From a bacterium (GTDB taxonomy: Bacteria; Patescibacteriota; Minisyncoccia; Minisyncoccales; CG1-02-41-26): a stretch of DNA of 64,000 nucleotides. The notes under the pieces were generated by a model. It was not told the DNA's origin. It did not search any database and saw nothing but the letters and a program-made list of their open reading frames with translations. Within the stretch, counting starts at the first letter, position 1, and each line of letters opens with the position of its first letter. Where the stretch lies: NCBI GenBank assembly GCA_030603395.1, contig JAUVXX010000004.1, forward strand, positions 3,597 to 67,596, in the 5' to 3' direction. Below, piece after piece: positions 9,819-19,117 of this stretch. Position numbers and translations under genes: made by a program.

Positions 9819-11027
9819 ATGGCAACAATCGAAGACATTAGAATAACTCTGGAAAAGGCCCGGCAAAAGGCATTAGATGTTCAGGCGGGGATAAAAACAT
9901 TACCGGCCACACCAACCACCCCAACCTTAGGAGCTGGGGTTGGAGCTGGGGAAGGAACGCCACAAGACTACTCAGCCATATGGACAACTGAGTATGGAAA
10001 AGCAGGGCTGGAAGATGTTAAGACCAAGATCGCTGGGATTGACACGGATATATCAACCAGAAAAGCGACAAGAGATAAGGCATTGCTCACGGAAAAAGGC
10101 AAGCCGATTCCCCAATGGATGATTACCGGCAGAAAGAAATTGGAGATAGATGCAGCGACCGGGGATCTCAACCGGCTGATAGACGAGAGAAACACTCTGG
10201 CCGGCCAGTACAACACAGGCATAGAAGAAGTGACCAGGAAGGTCAGCTATAACATAAGCTATCAGCAAGAGATGCGGAGGCAATTAGAGACCACCAGGGC
10301 CTTCGGACTTGAAGAAAAGCTGTACGAATTGAGAAAGACAGAGGCGGAAAAACCAACAGAGTACGCACCACCTGCTTCATATAAGGAATGGGAGCTGGCT
10401 GGCAAGCCAGGGACTTTTGAGGATTGGTTAGCCACAGGTGGAGAAGCGGGAGTGAGTCCAGTTTATGGCAGATACCGGGACAGGCTAGAGGAAGAAATAA
10501 ATAATATGTACTCTGGAGTGTACGGCAAGGAGTTCTCGAGAGAGAAAGTAATTGAAATACTCAAGAGAGAATTCCCAGACACAGATGTGTCAGGAGACGT
10601 TTATGCCCGGGCTCCCGATGGCTATGAGGCAAAAATAGCAGAGGTAGGAGAGAACGTTGATACCTATGCTTGGGCAGTCCTTCGGGGAGAAAAGAGCCTG
10701 ACAAGCGTTCCTGACAGCATAGAGCCACAGGTGATATCGAGGCTGGAGGAGCTGAAGAAAACAGAAAGGGTTTATACCGATGAGCAAATAAAAGCAGATA
10801 TCAGAACTCGGATAGCGGAGACAAAAGCAAAATACGAAGAGGCAACCGATGAAGAGATCAAGGCAGCACTCGTTGATTCAATTACAAGATCGGACTTAAC
10901 CGATCCCGACAGGGAGAGATTCAACTTAATACTCAACGAGATATTGCCAGAGGAAGCAGGCTTTTGGGAAAAGTTCTGGACTCCGCCAAAAACAGTAGCG
11001 AGAAAGATAGGGGAAATATTCAAATAA
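9819..11027 (+). CDS. Phage hypothetical protein (402 aa)
   Basis: ORF in the co-directional block. Confidence 0.4.
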   Translation: MATIEDIRITLEKARQKALDVQAGIKTLPATPTTPTLGAGVGAGEGTPQDYSAIWTTEYGKAGLEDVKTKIAGIDTDISTRKATRDKALLTEKGKPIPQWMITGRKKLEIDAATGDLNRLIDERNTLAGQYNTGIEEVTRKVSYNISYQQEMRRQLETTRAFGLEEKLYELRKTEAEKPTEYAPPASYKEWELAGKPGTFEDWLATGGEAGVSPVYGRYRDRLEEEINNMYSGVYGKEFSREKVIEILKREFPDTDVSGDVYARAPDGYEAKIAEVGENVDTYAWAVLRGEKSLTSVPDSIEPQVISRLEELKKTERVYTDEQIKADIRTRIAETKAKYEEATDEEIKAALVDSITRSDLTDPDRERFNLILNEILPEEAGFWEKFWTPPKTVARKIGEIFK

Positions 11028-11030
11028 AAT

Positions 11031-14000
11031 ATGCCTTCTTTTTGGGAACAATTTAAGAAACCAGTGGTTTCAGCTGGTAGAACTCTTGGTGAATGGCTGA
11101 AGAAAGGAGTGCGATGGAAGCCGCCAGGATACGTGAGCCCCACGGAAAGACCAGAGATAGCAAAGCCGATCAAGATAATGCCTCGCGAGGCAGCGCCACC
11201 GATCACAACGACGTTGGGGAAGCTATTCAGGGGAGAGGAAATACAGATGATCAGGCCCGGGAGCGCCTTGGAAAGAGTGGCCAAAGCTCAGGCGGCAGCC
11301 AGAGAAGAGATCACAGAAAAAATAGGCAAGCCAATTGCTGAAAAGTTAGTGACGGCTCCCAGGGAATTTGCCATACCGGCCGCAAAGGGATTTTTGGGAG
11401 AGCCCATCTACAAGAGAATTCTTGAACCGGTAGTGCCAGAGGCCATGAGAGATCCGAAGGGAAGGATCGTGCCGGCCGCAGGAAAGATAGCAGGATGGAT
11501 GACAGCCTTTGGAAAGGTGGCGGGAGCTCTTGGAAAACTGATGACCACGAGCAAGATAGGCCAGACGCTTATCAGCCACGCACCACGGATATCCCGAGCA
11601 GTCCAGATAGCCGGGGCGGGTTTGACATTAGATCAGGCCCACGCACCCTTAGAATCCACCTTTGAGGAGCGAAAGAAGATATTCACCACCGGCCTGCCTC
11701 GCTGGGCAGGATGGGGAGTCGCTGGCATGATCGCACCAGCCAAGGTTTATGCTTGGCTGCCAACGATTTTTGGTACTCAATATGCTTCGGCAAAACTGGA
11801 GGGGCAGTCGAATGAGGATGCGTTCAAGGACGCATTGACTATGACTGCCATTTTTTCATTATTTAAAATAGCGGATCTGCCAAAAAGTCCTCAACAGATG
11901 CTGAGGGAACAGGCATTTAAAAAACTGAATCTGAAACCAAAGGCAACAGCAGATGAAATCAAGAAAGCCTATCGTGTTTTGGCTCACAAATACCACCCCG
12001 ATAGGCCGGGAGGGGACTTATCAAAATTCAAAGTAATCGCTGATGCTTATAAAATCTTAGACACAACGCCCCGCCAATTCCAAAAAGACATCTTCACCGA
12101 GATCAGGGACTTTTACAAATACCTTCGTTCACCAGAGGGAAAGAAAATGGCTCTGATGATTGTCGAGGAGATGCCGGTAGGGTTTCGAATAAAGGCGGTT
12201 AAGCCAAAAGTCAAACCAGTCACCAAGGAATTAGAATCATTAGTAATATACAGGGGATCAGATGTAAAACTTGATATGGGAAAGATTAAGGGAGCAGTAT
12301 TTTTTAGCACCAATAAAGAAGTTGCTGAAAGATATGCCGAAATTAGTTCAAAGGGAGAGGGAGGAATAATTGAGGAATTTCAAATAGATAAAAATGCTAA
12401 TATATTGAAAGATGTTCCACCAGAATTAAAAAAATATGCTGACCCAGATGCTGTTTTACCGAATAACATAGATTCTATTTTATATAATTATGGTAAAAAA
12501 CACGGACATGATGTTATAGATTTAAGAAAATTTGGACAACTTGCCGAAGAAAAAGAAGTAATTGTTATCAACCCAAAATTTCTTAAAGCTACTAAACCGG
12601 TAGAAGAAGTCAAGCCCGCTGTGACCATGGCCGAGGTATTTAAACCAAAGCCAGAGCCGGTAGCATTGACGGCTAAGGAAGACGCAGAATTAAAGAGAAT
12701 TTACAACAAGGAATTGTCAGAGTTCAAGGTAGAGGGAGAGAAGCAATTATTTAGAGACGTAAAAGACCTTGGCGGTCTGAAAACTCCGAAGGGATTGGAG
12801 GAAGAAATGTCAGAAGTTCCTATTGATATCAGGAGAGTGGATGGATTTACTCCAGACGAAATCATATCAGAGCTGAATGAGATGGGCTACAACTTCAAAA
12901 GCGGGGATGACCTGATAGAAATGATAAAGAGCATCAGGACCATGCCGACCAAATACCAGGCAGGCAAGACCACGCTGGAAAAGAACATTGAGTTTGTCGG
13001 AGCGATAAGTTCTAAGATGCCGAAGGTCATCAAGCCCAAAGTGTCGGCCCGCCTATTGAGAAAACTCTACCGAATAAAATATCCAAAAGTCCCAGCGACC
13101 CTAAAAGCGGCCAGAAGAGCTGTCGAGAAGGGAGTGATAAAAGAGATCCCCGCAGAACTCATAGTGAGGAAGGGCAAGGGTTTTGTAATGGTAGGGGAGA
13201 CCGTAGAGGCAGCGCCAGAACCACCAGCGCCAGCAACCACCAAGCAGGTAAAGTTGGCCCACGTTCTGGCCAAGAGCAAAGCAATGATCGGAGCGAAGGG
13301 AAAAATGAAACCACAATACAGAGCGCTGGCAAAAGCAATAACCGGCGAAACATCAATGAAGTCAATGACAGAAAAAGAAGCAAGCGAGTTCATTGATGCC
13401 CTTAAAAAACTCCCCGAGCCGTACTACGTAAAGGGCAGGTTAATCCCACCCTCGATCTCCAAAGTCACAGCGTTAGTCCCCAAAGGGTTCTTCGAGGGAA
13501 TGAAATTCAAAGAGCCAACGATAGTGAGATACCTAACCCCCCAGACTTATTACTCCCAGATATTAGGAGTGAAGCCTTTGGTCGAGCCCCTGGAGCTGGC
13601 CAAGCAGAGGTTCGATTTGGTCTACCGGGACATGGCCAACGGAGTAGACAAAATGATTAAGGCGATAGATGAAATTGGGGGGACAACTGCCAAAGAAAAG
13701 ATAAAAGCAAAAATAAAGAACATCCCTACGGAGGCAGTTAAAGAGACGAGGAACTTGCTGAACGAATACGAAGAGGCCCCGGCAGACCTGCTCCCGGCCA
13801 AAAAAGAAATCTTCAACTGGTTTAGAAACTTGACCCAGGAAACATGGAGGGCCGAAAACAAGATGCGGGCCAAATTAGATCTGCCACTTATCGAATATCG
13901 CAGAGCATACGTGAAACACACCGCTGATGCTTTGGCTCAGGAAATGCTGCAAGGAAGATATCCATTCCCCGAAGGACTGAAATTCTGGTCTCAGAAGATT

Positions 14001-15488
14001 GTGGGAAAAAAGATATTCAACCCCATGGAACTTCGTAGAAAGCTGGCAGAGGACTTGGAGAAGCTATGGACTGAGGATTTGGCTCTCGCCACGAAATCAA
14101 TGCTCTGGACTGCTTTGAAAGAAATACATTTATCGCAGCCATTGAAATTCTTCAACGAGCAACTGGGAGCGGTTTCGAAGGACTCCCTGATCTACAAAAA
14201 CCTGACCCCAGAGGAGCAGGATATTTACAGCCAGATTAGGACCATGCCGGCCTCCACTAAAAAGTGGCTTGTTGATTATGTGAACCAGGTGATCAAGGGG
14301 CAGGAAACCTGGCTTGACACCCACGTAAATAATGTCGTAACCAAAACAGGATTAAAAGGATTACTCAATAAGGTGCTGGCTCCGTTCGGCAGATCGGTGG
14401 GAAGGAAGCCGATCACCAAAGTCTTCCAGACGGCAGGAAGGATAATGATTCATGGAGTGATGGGACCCCTAAGACCAAAACAGATTATCAGAAACAAATT
14501 CCAGTTGACTCAGAACCTTGCCCTATACACTTTAAAAGCCAACCTGAAAGGATTCTACCCTGTCTCGGTCGACAAGAATTTAGAAAAACTAATGAGAGAG
14601 AGCTTGTTTCTGCAAACCTATACCGGGATGGAGGAATTACCCATAGACATTATGGGAAGATTAGAAAAAGCAAACCTTGCTGGATTTCAATGGTCAGCGA
14701 AATCTAATGTTGCCCAGGGAATGAAGGTGTCCTATTGGGACACGCTGGAGTTGATCACGGATCCAAAGTACAAAGACTTCGGCTGGGCTGACCCAGAGAG
14801 GATCAAACTAAACTACGATGTCCCAGAGGGAAAACTGTACCCGAGCGAAAAAGAAAAGCTCATAAAAGAGATGGAGTTTGGGGCCAGCGCTACTCAGTAC
14901 CATTACATCGCAATGGGGATGCCCGAGGTCTTCCGCCACAAGGCCCTTGTCCCTGTGACAAGACTGCAAAGCTGGTGGATGAATTACTTCTTCAAGTTCA
15001 ACCGGGAAGCGATCATGAGAGGAATCAAGGGAGAGACCGGGTACGGAGCAAAGCTGCCTTGGTCAAGAAGATTAGGATGGTTCAGATATTTGATTATAGG
15101 GGGAATCATCTTAAACACCCTGGGCTACGAAAGGAGCTACCTATGGGGAGCGGCCCCGACAGGAGTTCCTCCGACCGCCCAGTTCGTAACAGGTTTGTAT
15201 ACGTACCTGACGACTCTTCCCAACTTAGACGAAGACTGGGCAAAGAGAAAGAACGCCCAGGCCAAGAACCAAATGTACTACTCAATCAAGACCTTCATCC
15301 CCGGCTACCTGGCCTGGAAAGACTTCATGGGCTTATGGAGCGGAGAGAAATCTTTTGAGGAGTATTTCTTCTACAAGAAAAAGAAGAAGGAGAAGAAGCC
15401 TATCGAGGTAAAACCGATAGGAGGAAAAACAATGGGAGGGATATTCAAGCCAACAAAAAGAATTTTGGAATCCCCGACACTGAGATAA
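11031..15488 (+). CDS. Giant virion protein (1485 aa) with an embedded J-domain and an ADP-ribosyltransferase-like module. It may be an internal or ejected core protein.
   Basis: J-domain signature DEIKKAYRVLAHKYHPDRPGGDLSKFKVIADAYKILD, with HPD at 11994-12002. Downstream motifs are YRG (R at 12252-12254), FFSTN (12306-12314) and EKEVIVINP (12549-12557). Confidence 0.6.
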   Translation: MPSFWEQFKKPVVSAGRTLGEWLKKGVRWKPPGYVSPTERPEIAKPIKIMPREAAPPITTTLGKLFRGEEIQMIRPGSALERVAKAQAAAREEITEKIGKPIAEKLVTAPREFAIPAAKGFLGEPIYKRILEPVVPEAMRDPKGRIVPAAGKIAGWMTAFGKVAGALGKLMTTSKIGQTLISHAPRISRAVQIAGAGLTLDQAHAPLESTFEERKKIFTTGLPRWAGWGVAGMIAPAKVYAWLPTIFGTQYASAKLEGQSNEDAFKDALTMTAIFSLFKIADLPKSPQQMLREQAFKKLNLKPKATADEIKKAYRVLAHKYHPDRPGGDLSKFKVIADAYKILDTTPRQFQKDIFTEIRDFYKYLRSPEGKKMALMIVEEMPVGFRIKAVKPKVKPVTKELESLVIYRGSDVKLDMGKIKGAVFFSTNKEVAERYAEISSKGEGGIIEEFQIDKNANILKDVPPELKKYADPDAVLPNNIDSILYNYGKKHGHDVIDLRKFGQLAEEKEVIVINPKFLKATKPVEEVKPAVTMAEVFKPKPEPVALTAKEDAELKRIYNKELSEFKVEGEKQLFRDVKDLGGLKTPKGLEEEMSEVPIDIRRVDGFTPDEIISELNEMGYNFKSGDDLIEMIKSIRTMPTKYQAGKTTLEKNIEFVGAISSKMPKVIKPKVSARLLRKLYRIKYPKVPATLKAARRAVEKGVIKEIPAELIVRKGKGFVMVGETVEAAPEPPAPATTKQVKLAHVLAKSKAMIGAKGKMKPQYRALAKAITGETSMKSMTEKEASEFIDALKKLPEPYYVKGRLIPPSISKVTALVPKGFFEGMKFKEPTIVRYLTPQTYYSQILGVKPLVEPLELAKQRFDLVYRDMANGVDKMIKAIDEIGGTTAKEKIKAKIKNIPTEAVKETRNLLNEYEEAPADLLPAKKEIFNWFRNLTQETWRAENKMRAKLDLPLIEYRRAYVKHTADALAQEMLQGRYPFPEGLKFWSQKIVGKKIFNPMELRRKLAEDLEKLWTEDLALATKSMLWTALKEIHLSQPLKFFNEQLGAVSKDSLIYKNLTPEEQDIYSQIRTMPASTKKWLVDYVNQVIKGQETWLDTHVNNVVTKTGLKGLLNKVLAPFGRSVGRKPITKVFQTAGRIMIHGVMGPLRPKQIIRNKFQLTQNLALYTLKANLKGFYPVSVDKNLEKLMRESLFLQTYTGMEELPIDIMGRLEKANLAGFQWSAKSNVAQGMKVSYWDTLELITDPKYKDFGWADPERIKLNYDVPEGKLYPSEKEKLIKEMEFGASATQYHYIAMGMPEVFRHKALVPVTRLQSWWMNYFFKFNREAIMRGIKGETGYGAKLPWSRRLGWFRYLIIGGIILNTLGYERSYLWGAAPTGVPPTAQFVTGLYTYLTTLPNLDEDWAKRKNAQAKNQMYYSIKTFIPGYLAWKDFMGLWSGEKSFEEYFFYKKKKKEKKPIEVKPIGGKTMGGIFKPTKRILESPTLR

Positions 15489-15489
15489 C

Positions 15490-15630
15490 TTATTTCATCT
15501 GGCTGCCAAATCTGTCAATCCAAGGTTGATCATAATCTGCTTTCCAGTCAGGCCACATCCAAACACTCATGATGATTACGGCAAAGACGCAGGCAGCGAT
15601 AAAAAAAATTACTTTAATTTTCTCCTTCAT
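15490..15630 (-). CDS. Small membrane protein (46 aa), not in the ORF track
   Basis: Reverse-strand ORF MKEKIKVIFFIAACVFAVIIMSVWMWPDW... with one hydrophobic segment. Confidence 0.2.
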   Translation of the reverse strand: MKEKIKVIFFIAACVFAVIIMSVWMWPDWKADYDQPWIDRFGSQMK

Positions 15631-15658
15631 TTTTCAACATTAAAACAATCAAAACTAA

Positions 15659-15937
15659 TTGTCAAGTATGTCAATAATAGATTACGCACAATTAGGCGGA
15701 GTGATCCTGATGGCGGTTATTCTCTACAAGATAGTGAACAGATTTCTGGACTCCCAGAAAAAGAGAGACGAGCAATTTATAGGATTTATTACAAAACAAG
15801 AAGATAATTTTGACAACCTCGTCAAGAATCATCTACACGAAGACACTAAGGCCAAGCATACTTTAGAGAAATCCCACCTAATATTATCAAATACAATAGA
15901 ACTTCTTCGTCAATGGCTAATGAAGAACGGAAAATAA
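15659..15937 (+). CDS. Small membrane protein, holin-like candidate
   Basis: 92 aa with an N-terminal hydrophobic segment (LGGVILMAVILYKIV), lying upstream of the amidase region. Confidence 0.3.
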   Translation: MSSMSIIDYAQLGGVILMAVILYKIVNRFLDSQKKRDEQFIGFITKQEDNFDNLVKNHLHEDTKAKHTLEKSHLILSNTIELLRQWLMKNGK

Positions 15938-16043
15938 GAAAGGGCACCCGCCAGCGAAAACCCGACAAAAAGTTAACGCTTTTTGGATGCCCGATTTTAG
16001 TTTAACAAATCAAAGTTTTTTTAACAATTAGAGGAGGCGCGAG

Positions 16044-16241
16044 ATGAGAAGTTTTTTAGAGATTATTCAAAGCTGGAAAAGTGGCGGAGAATTGGAGTAT
16101 CGTGGTTTCAGGTGCGGAGACTGCCAAAGACCCATTAGAAAGGCGTGGCACATCACGGTCAAGCATAAGGGGCGAACCTGGGAACTTCATCTCTGCAAGA
16201 AATGCGGCAAGAAATATAACTTAAAAGGAGTAATACAATGA
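16044..16241 (+). CDS. Zinc-ribbon small protein
   Basis: CGDC...CKKC cysteine pairs and a GAGGAGG Shine-Dalgarno sequence upstream. Confidence 0.4.
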   Translation: MRSFLEIIQSWKSGGELEYRGFRCGDCQRPIRKAWHITVKHKGRTWELHLCKKCGKKYNLKGVIQ

Positions 16242-16447
16242 AATGGTGGAAGCACGTTGAATGGTGGTTTCACGACAGAGAGTGGCATCTACATTCGGAC
16301 TTCCGACTGGACTCAGGAATGAAATTTGAAATTAGGGTTGACGGGCAAGCAATCTTGATGCGGACAGTCCCCAGAGATGAGCATTGGAAGGTTCACCTCG
16401 GCGGTTCGTTCCAGCCATACAAAAATCGCCAAGGAGGCGAAAAATGA
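16238..16447 (+). CDS. Small phage protein (69 aa)
   Basis: ATGA overlap with the upstream gene. Confidence 0.35.
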   Translation: MKWWKHVEWWFHDREWHLHSDFRLDSGMKFEIRVDGQAILMRTVPRDEHWKVHLGGSFQPYKNRQGGEK

Positions 16448-16581
16448 TGGTCGTAAGGATGGAGATTAAAAGCAATATGGATTTGATTGATTTGAGGCGG
16501 AGATTGTTGATAGCTCTAAAGAGCAAACGCACCATAAGGTTGACTATCAGGATGTGGCAGAAAAAGATGCCTCCAACGTAA
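16444..16581 (+). CDS. Small basic phage protein (45 aa)
   Basis: ATG at 16444 overlaps the previous stop as ATGA. This is the same frame as track ORF 16384..16581. Confidence 0.25.
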   Translation: MMVVRMEIKSNMDLIDLRRRLLIALKSKRTIRLTIRMWQKKMPPT

Positions 16582-16705
16582 TAACGGGGGGTGTAGGCAA
16601 GAGAGAGCCCGAAAGCGACCTTGCCTACCCCCCGACCAAATAAATCGATTGTAGGGGGAATTTTGAAGCTATTAGAGGAAAAAAAAGTCGGCGGCCGATT
16701 TTACC

Positions 16706-17308
16706 ATGTCAATAAACAATCCAAAATACATACTTGTTCACTGCTCGGCAGTAAGCCGCAAAAAAGCCCCAACGCAATTCTGGGCTATTAATCGCTATCA
16801 CGGAGTAGAAAGAGGATTTCCGATGAGTTCAATGGGCTACTTCGGGGGTTATCATTTCTTTTACGAACCAAACGGAACTGAATTGAGATACAAGAGGGAT
16901 TGGGAAGTGGGAGCTCATTGTAATAGCAAAGTCAATGGAGTCAGTATGAATTTCCAGAGCATTTCATTATGTTGGGGCGGAGACGGGGATAACGAAACAC
17001 CCACTCCGAAACAAACGGAGAATATGAGAATAAGAATTAAGAAACTGGTTGAGAAGTATAATATTCCTCTGACCAATATCTATGTTGGTCCTCACCGACT
17101 ATGGACAAAATGGAAAACCTGCTATGGAAAAATGCTCTCAGATGATTGGGCTTATTTACTGGTGAAACCGAAAGAGAAACTTGCCTACGAAAGAGAAGCG
17201 GAAGAAAAGATCGCAGATATGAAAAGGAAGCTTGATAGGGTAAGAGAGATAATACTTAAAATAATGATTAGATTAAATAAGTTTTTCAAAGGTCGCAAAA
17301 TAAAATAA
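16706..17308 (+). CDS. N-acetylmuramoyl-L-alanine amidase (T7-lysozyme / PGRP type) endolysin
   Basis: ILVHCSA, GYHFF..NG, VGAHC and SISLCWGG line up with the T7 lysozyme motifs IFVHCSAT, GYHFII..DG, VGSHA and IGVCLVGG. Confidence 0.75.
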   Translation: MSINNPKYILVHCSAVSRKKAPTQFWAINRYHGVERGFPMSSMGYFGGYHFFYEPNGTELRYKRDWEVGAHCNSKVNGVSMNFQSISLCWGGDGDNETPTPKQTENMRIRIKKLVEKYNIPLTNIYVGPHRLWTKWKTCYGKMLSDDWAYLLVKPKEKLAYEREAEEKIADMKRKLDRVREIILKIMIRLNKFFKGRKIK

Positions 17309-17317
17309 TATAAAATT

Positions 17318-17542
17318 ATGGCTGAACCAATTACAATTACTATTGAGAATCCAAAGAGTTTAGCATACCGGGTTCTCTTGAGATTTGTTCGAGGTTTTGT
17401 CGCAGGCGGCTTAGCAGCGATGGTATTGGTGGCTCCCTTGGCAGGTTTAAGTTTGACAGATTTGAGGTTCTGGATTCTCGCCTTGATAGGCGCCTTTATG
17501 ACTGGAGGGCTTCAAGCTGTTGGTAAGTGGATTAGAGAATGA
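17318..17542 (+). CDS. Two-TM small membrane protein (holin-like candidate)
   Basis: 74 aa with two hydrophobic stretches, directly after the amidase. Confidence 0.4.
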   Translation: MAEPITITIENPKSLAYRVLLRFVRGFVAGGLAAMVLVAPLAGLSLTDLRFWILALIGAFMTGGLQAVGKWIRE

Positions 17543-17654
17543 AGGATAAAATTCTTAGTGTCTTTTTTAGATGTCTGATTTATTTAGGGAGCGCCACCGC
17601 ATTTCTTTATTGGTGAATTGTCTTGAGAAAGACTTGGTTTTAAAGTTTGAGCGG

Positions 17655-17693
17655 CCCGCCAGTTTTTAGTTAGGGCTATTCTGGCGGGTTTTT
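17655..17693 (+). terminator. Rho-independent terminator ending the lysis block
   Basis: CCCGCCAG...CTGGCGGG stem followed by TTTTT. Confidence 0.7.
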
Positions 17694-17784
17694 ACTTGAC
17701 AATATTTTGGGCTTGAGTAGGATTTGATTATTAAAAGGTCGATTCGTAGCTTTTTAAAGCTCATTCGTGCTGGGCGAATCAATC

Positions 17785-17812
17785 TTGACAAGGATTCCTA
17801 TTATTTTATAAT
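17785..17812 (+). promoter_or_regulatory. Sigma70-type promoter for the integrase gene
   Basis: TTGACA (17785-17790), a 16-nt spacer, then TATAAT (17807-17812). It is embedded in a long palindrome. Confidence 0.55.
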
Positions 17813-17839
17813 AGGAGGAATCCCTGCTCGCCAGCACGA

Positions 17840-18733
17840 GTGGGGATTCTTTTTATGAGATTAAAAGATTACTTTCCAGATTTTTTGGAGTATATGCGGA
17901 AAAAAGGTCTGACAGAGCATACCATCGGAGAGCATAAAAGATTTCTTTATGGAGCGTTGGGGCATTGCCCACTTAAAGACAAAAGAGCAAAGGACTTGAG
18001 ATTGATTGATGTGGCAGATGTAATAGAGGCCGGCAGGCTTCACGGCGAATATGGTCCACAAAGGTCAGTAGTTACCCTGCGAAGATTTCTGAAGTTCTTA
18101 TACGATAGCGGTATCAGATTGCCCTTTGACTGGCAAGAGATTAAAATTCCAATGGTTCCAGAAAAAGAACAGCCCTATTTAACCGAAGGAGAGTTTGATG
18201 GCTTTGTTGAAAAGATACCTCTAAATACCCTATATGGATTAAGAAACCGGGCCTTGTATGAGGTTCTGTTCTCTACCGGGGCAAGAATTGGAGAGATCGT
18301 ATCACTCAAGAGAGATATTATTGATTGGGAAAACAGGGAAGCCAAGATAAAGAATGCGAAGAGCGGAGACGAGGGAATGATTTATTTTTCAGAAAGAAGC
18401 TTAAGGTGGTTGAAAAGATACTTAGACACCCGGGCGGATAATTGCCCTGCTCTATTTATCACCTACGGCTTCCAGGGGATCACTCCGTTGTCTGGGATGA
18501 TGTCAAGAAAACACCTGGCAGCTTACAGGAGAAAGTTGGAGGTCAAGAAAAGAATTACCCACCACGCTTTCAGAAGAAGCTTGGCGACATTGTTATTGGA
18601 GAATGGAGCAACGATAAAAGAAGTTCAGTATCTAATGCGCCATAAATCAGAGAGGACCACTCTAAGATTCTATACAAAGGTAAATAAAAGGAGGGCAAAG
18701 GAAGTCCATCAGAGGATTTTGGACAGGAAATAG
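17840..18733 (+). CDS. Tyrosine recombinase / phage integrase. The ATG at 17855 is an alternative start.
   Basis: GARIGEI (Arg), HHAFRRSLAT (HxxR) and MRHKSERTTLRFY (His...Tyr) match the catalytic signature. Confidence 0.85.
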   Translation: MGILFMRLKDYFPDFLEYMRKKGLTEHTIGEHKRFLYGALGHCPLKDKRAKDLRLIDVADVIEAGRLHGEYGPQRSVVTLRRFLKFLYDSGIRLPFDWQEIKIPMVPEKEQPYLTEGEFDGFVEKIPLNTLYGLRNRALYEVLFSTGARIGEIVSLKRDIIDWENREAKIKNAKSGDEGMIYFSERSLRWLKRYLDTRADNCPALFITYGFQGITPLSGMMSRKHLAAYRRKLEVKKRITHHAFRRSLATLLLENGATIKEVQYLMRHKSERTTLRFYTKVNKRRAKEVHQRILDRK

Positions 18734-18761
18734 GGCTGTGGATAACTCTTGTCAAAGGTGC

Positions 18762-18790
18762 TTGACAAAGTGTCTTAGGCAGCTTAAAAT
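18762..18790 (+). promoter_or_regulatory. Promoter with an overlapping operator-like inverted repeat
   Basis: TTGACA, 17 nt, then TAAAAT. The -35 element forms an inverted repeat with TTGTCAA at 18749-18755. Confidence 0.4.
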
Positions 18791-18808
18791 GGAAGATGTA
18801 AGATAGAT

Positions 18809-18964
18809 ATGCCAAAAACAAAAACAACTAAAAAGAAAATAAAGATTGGGGTAGAGCAGGCAAAATATAGAAAGATGATGAGGAGAGAACAACAAATAAT
18901 GAGAGTCAAGGCCTACATTAGGGAGGCATGGAGGATTTTGACTAAAATGGAAAAGGTTAATTGA
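18809..18964 (+). CDS. Small basic protein (51 aa), possibly a DNA-binding or excision accessory protein. Not in the ORF track.
   Basis: MPKTKTTKKKIKIG... ORF downstream of the promoter above. No homology was recognised. Confidence 0.25.
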   Translation: MPKTKTTKKKIKIGVEQAKYRKMMRREQQIMRVKAYIREAWRILTKMEKVN

Positions 18965-19117
18965 TGTTTCTTAAAAATTAGATTATAATTAAAGTATAAA
19001 CTCATTTAGATTCTGGCTGGGGAATTACTAAAGAGCGCCACAATGGAGCAAGAGGTAAAGCAACCTTCCACAGTGGTCAAAGAGATAAAGTTCGACTGAT
19101 AAACTCCCTTAACCAAT

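Noticed and set aside
803-15358. Many antisense or alternative-frame ORFs of 60-170 aa inside the phage genes (for example 1784-2254, 10772-11284, 13067-13393, 14975-15358)
   Set aside because: They are embedded within longer ORFs that have clear domain content or synteny. They have biased, low-complexity translations typical of shadow frames in GC-richer DNA.
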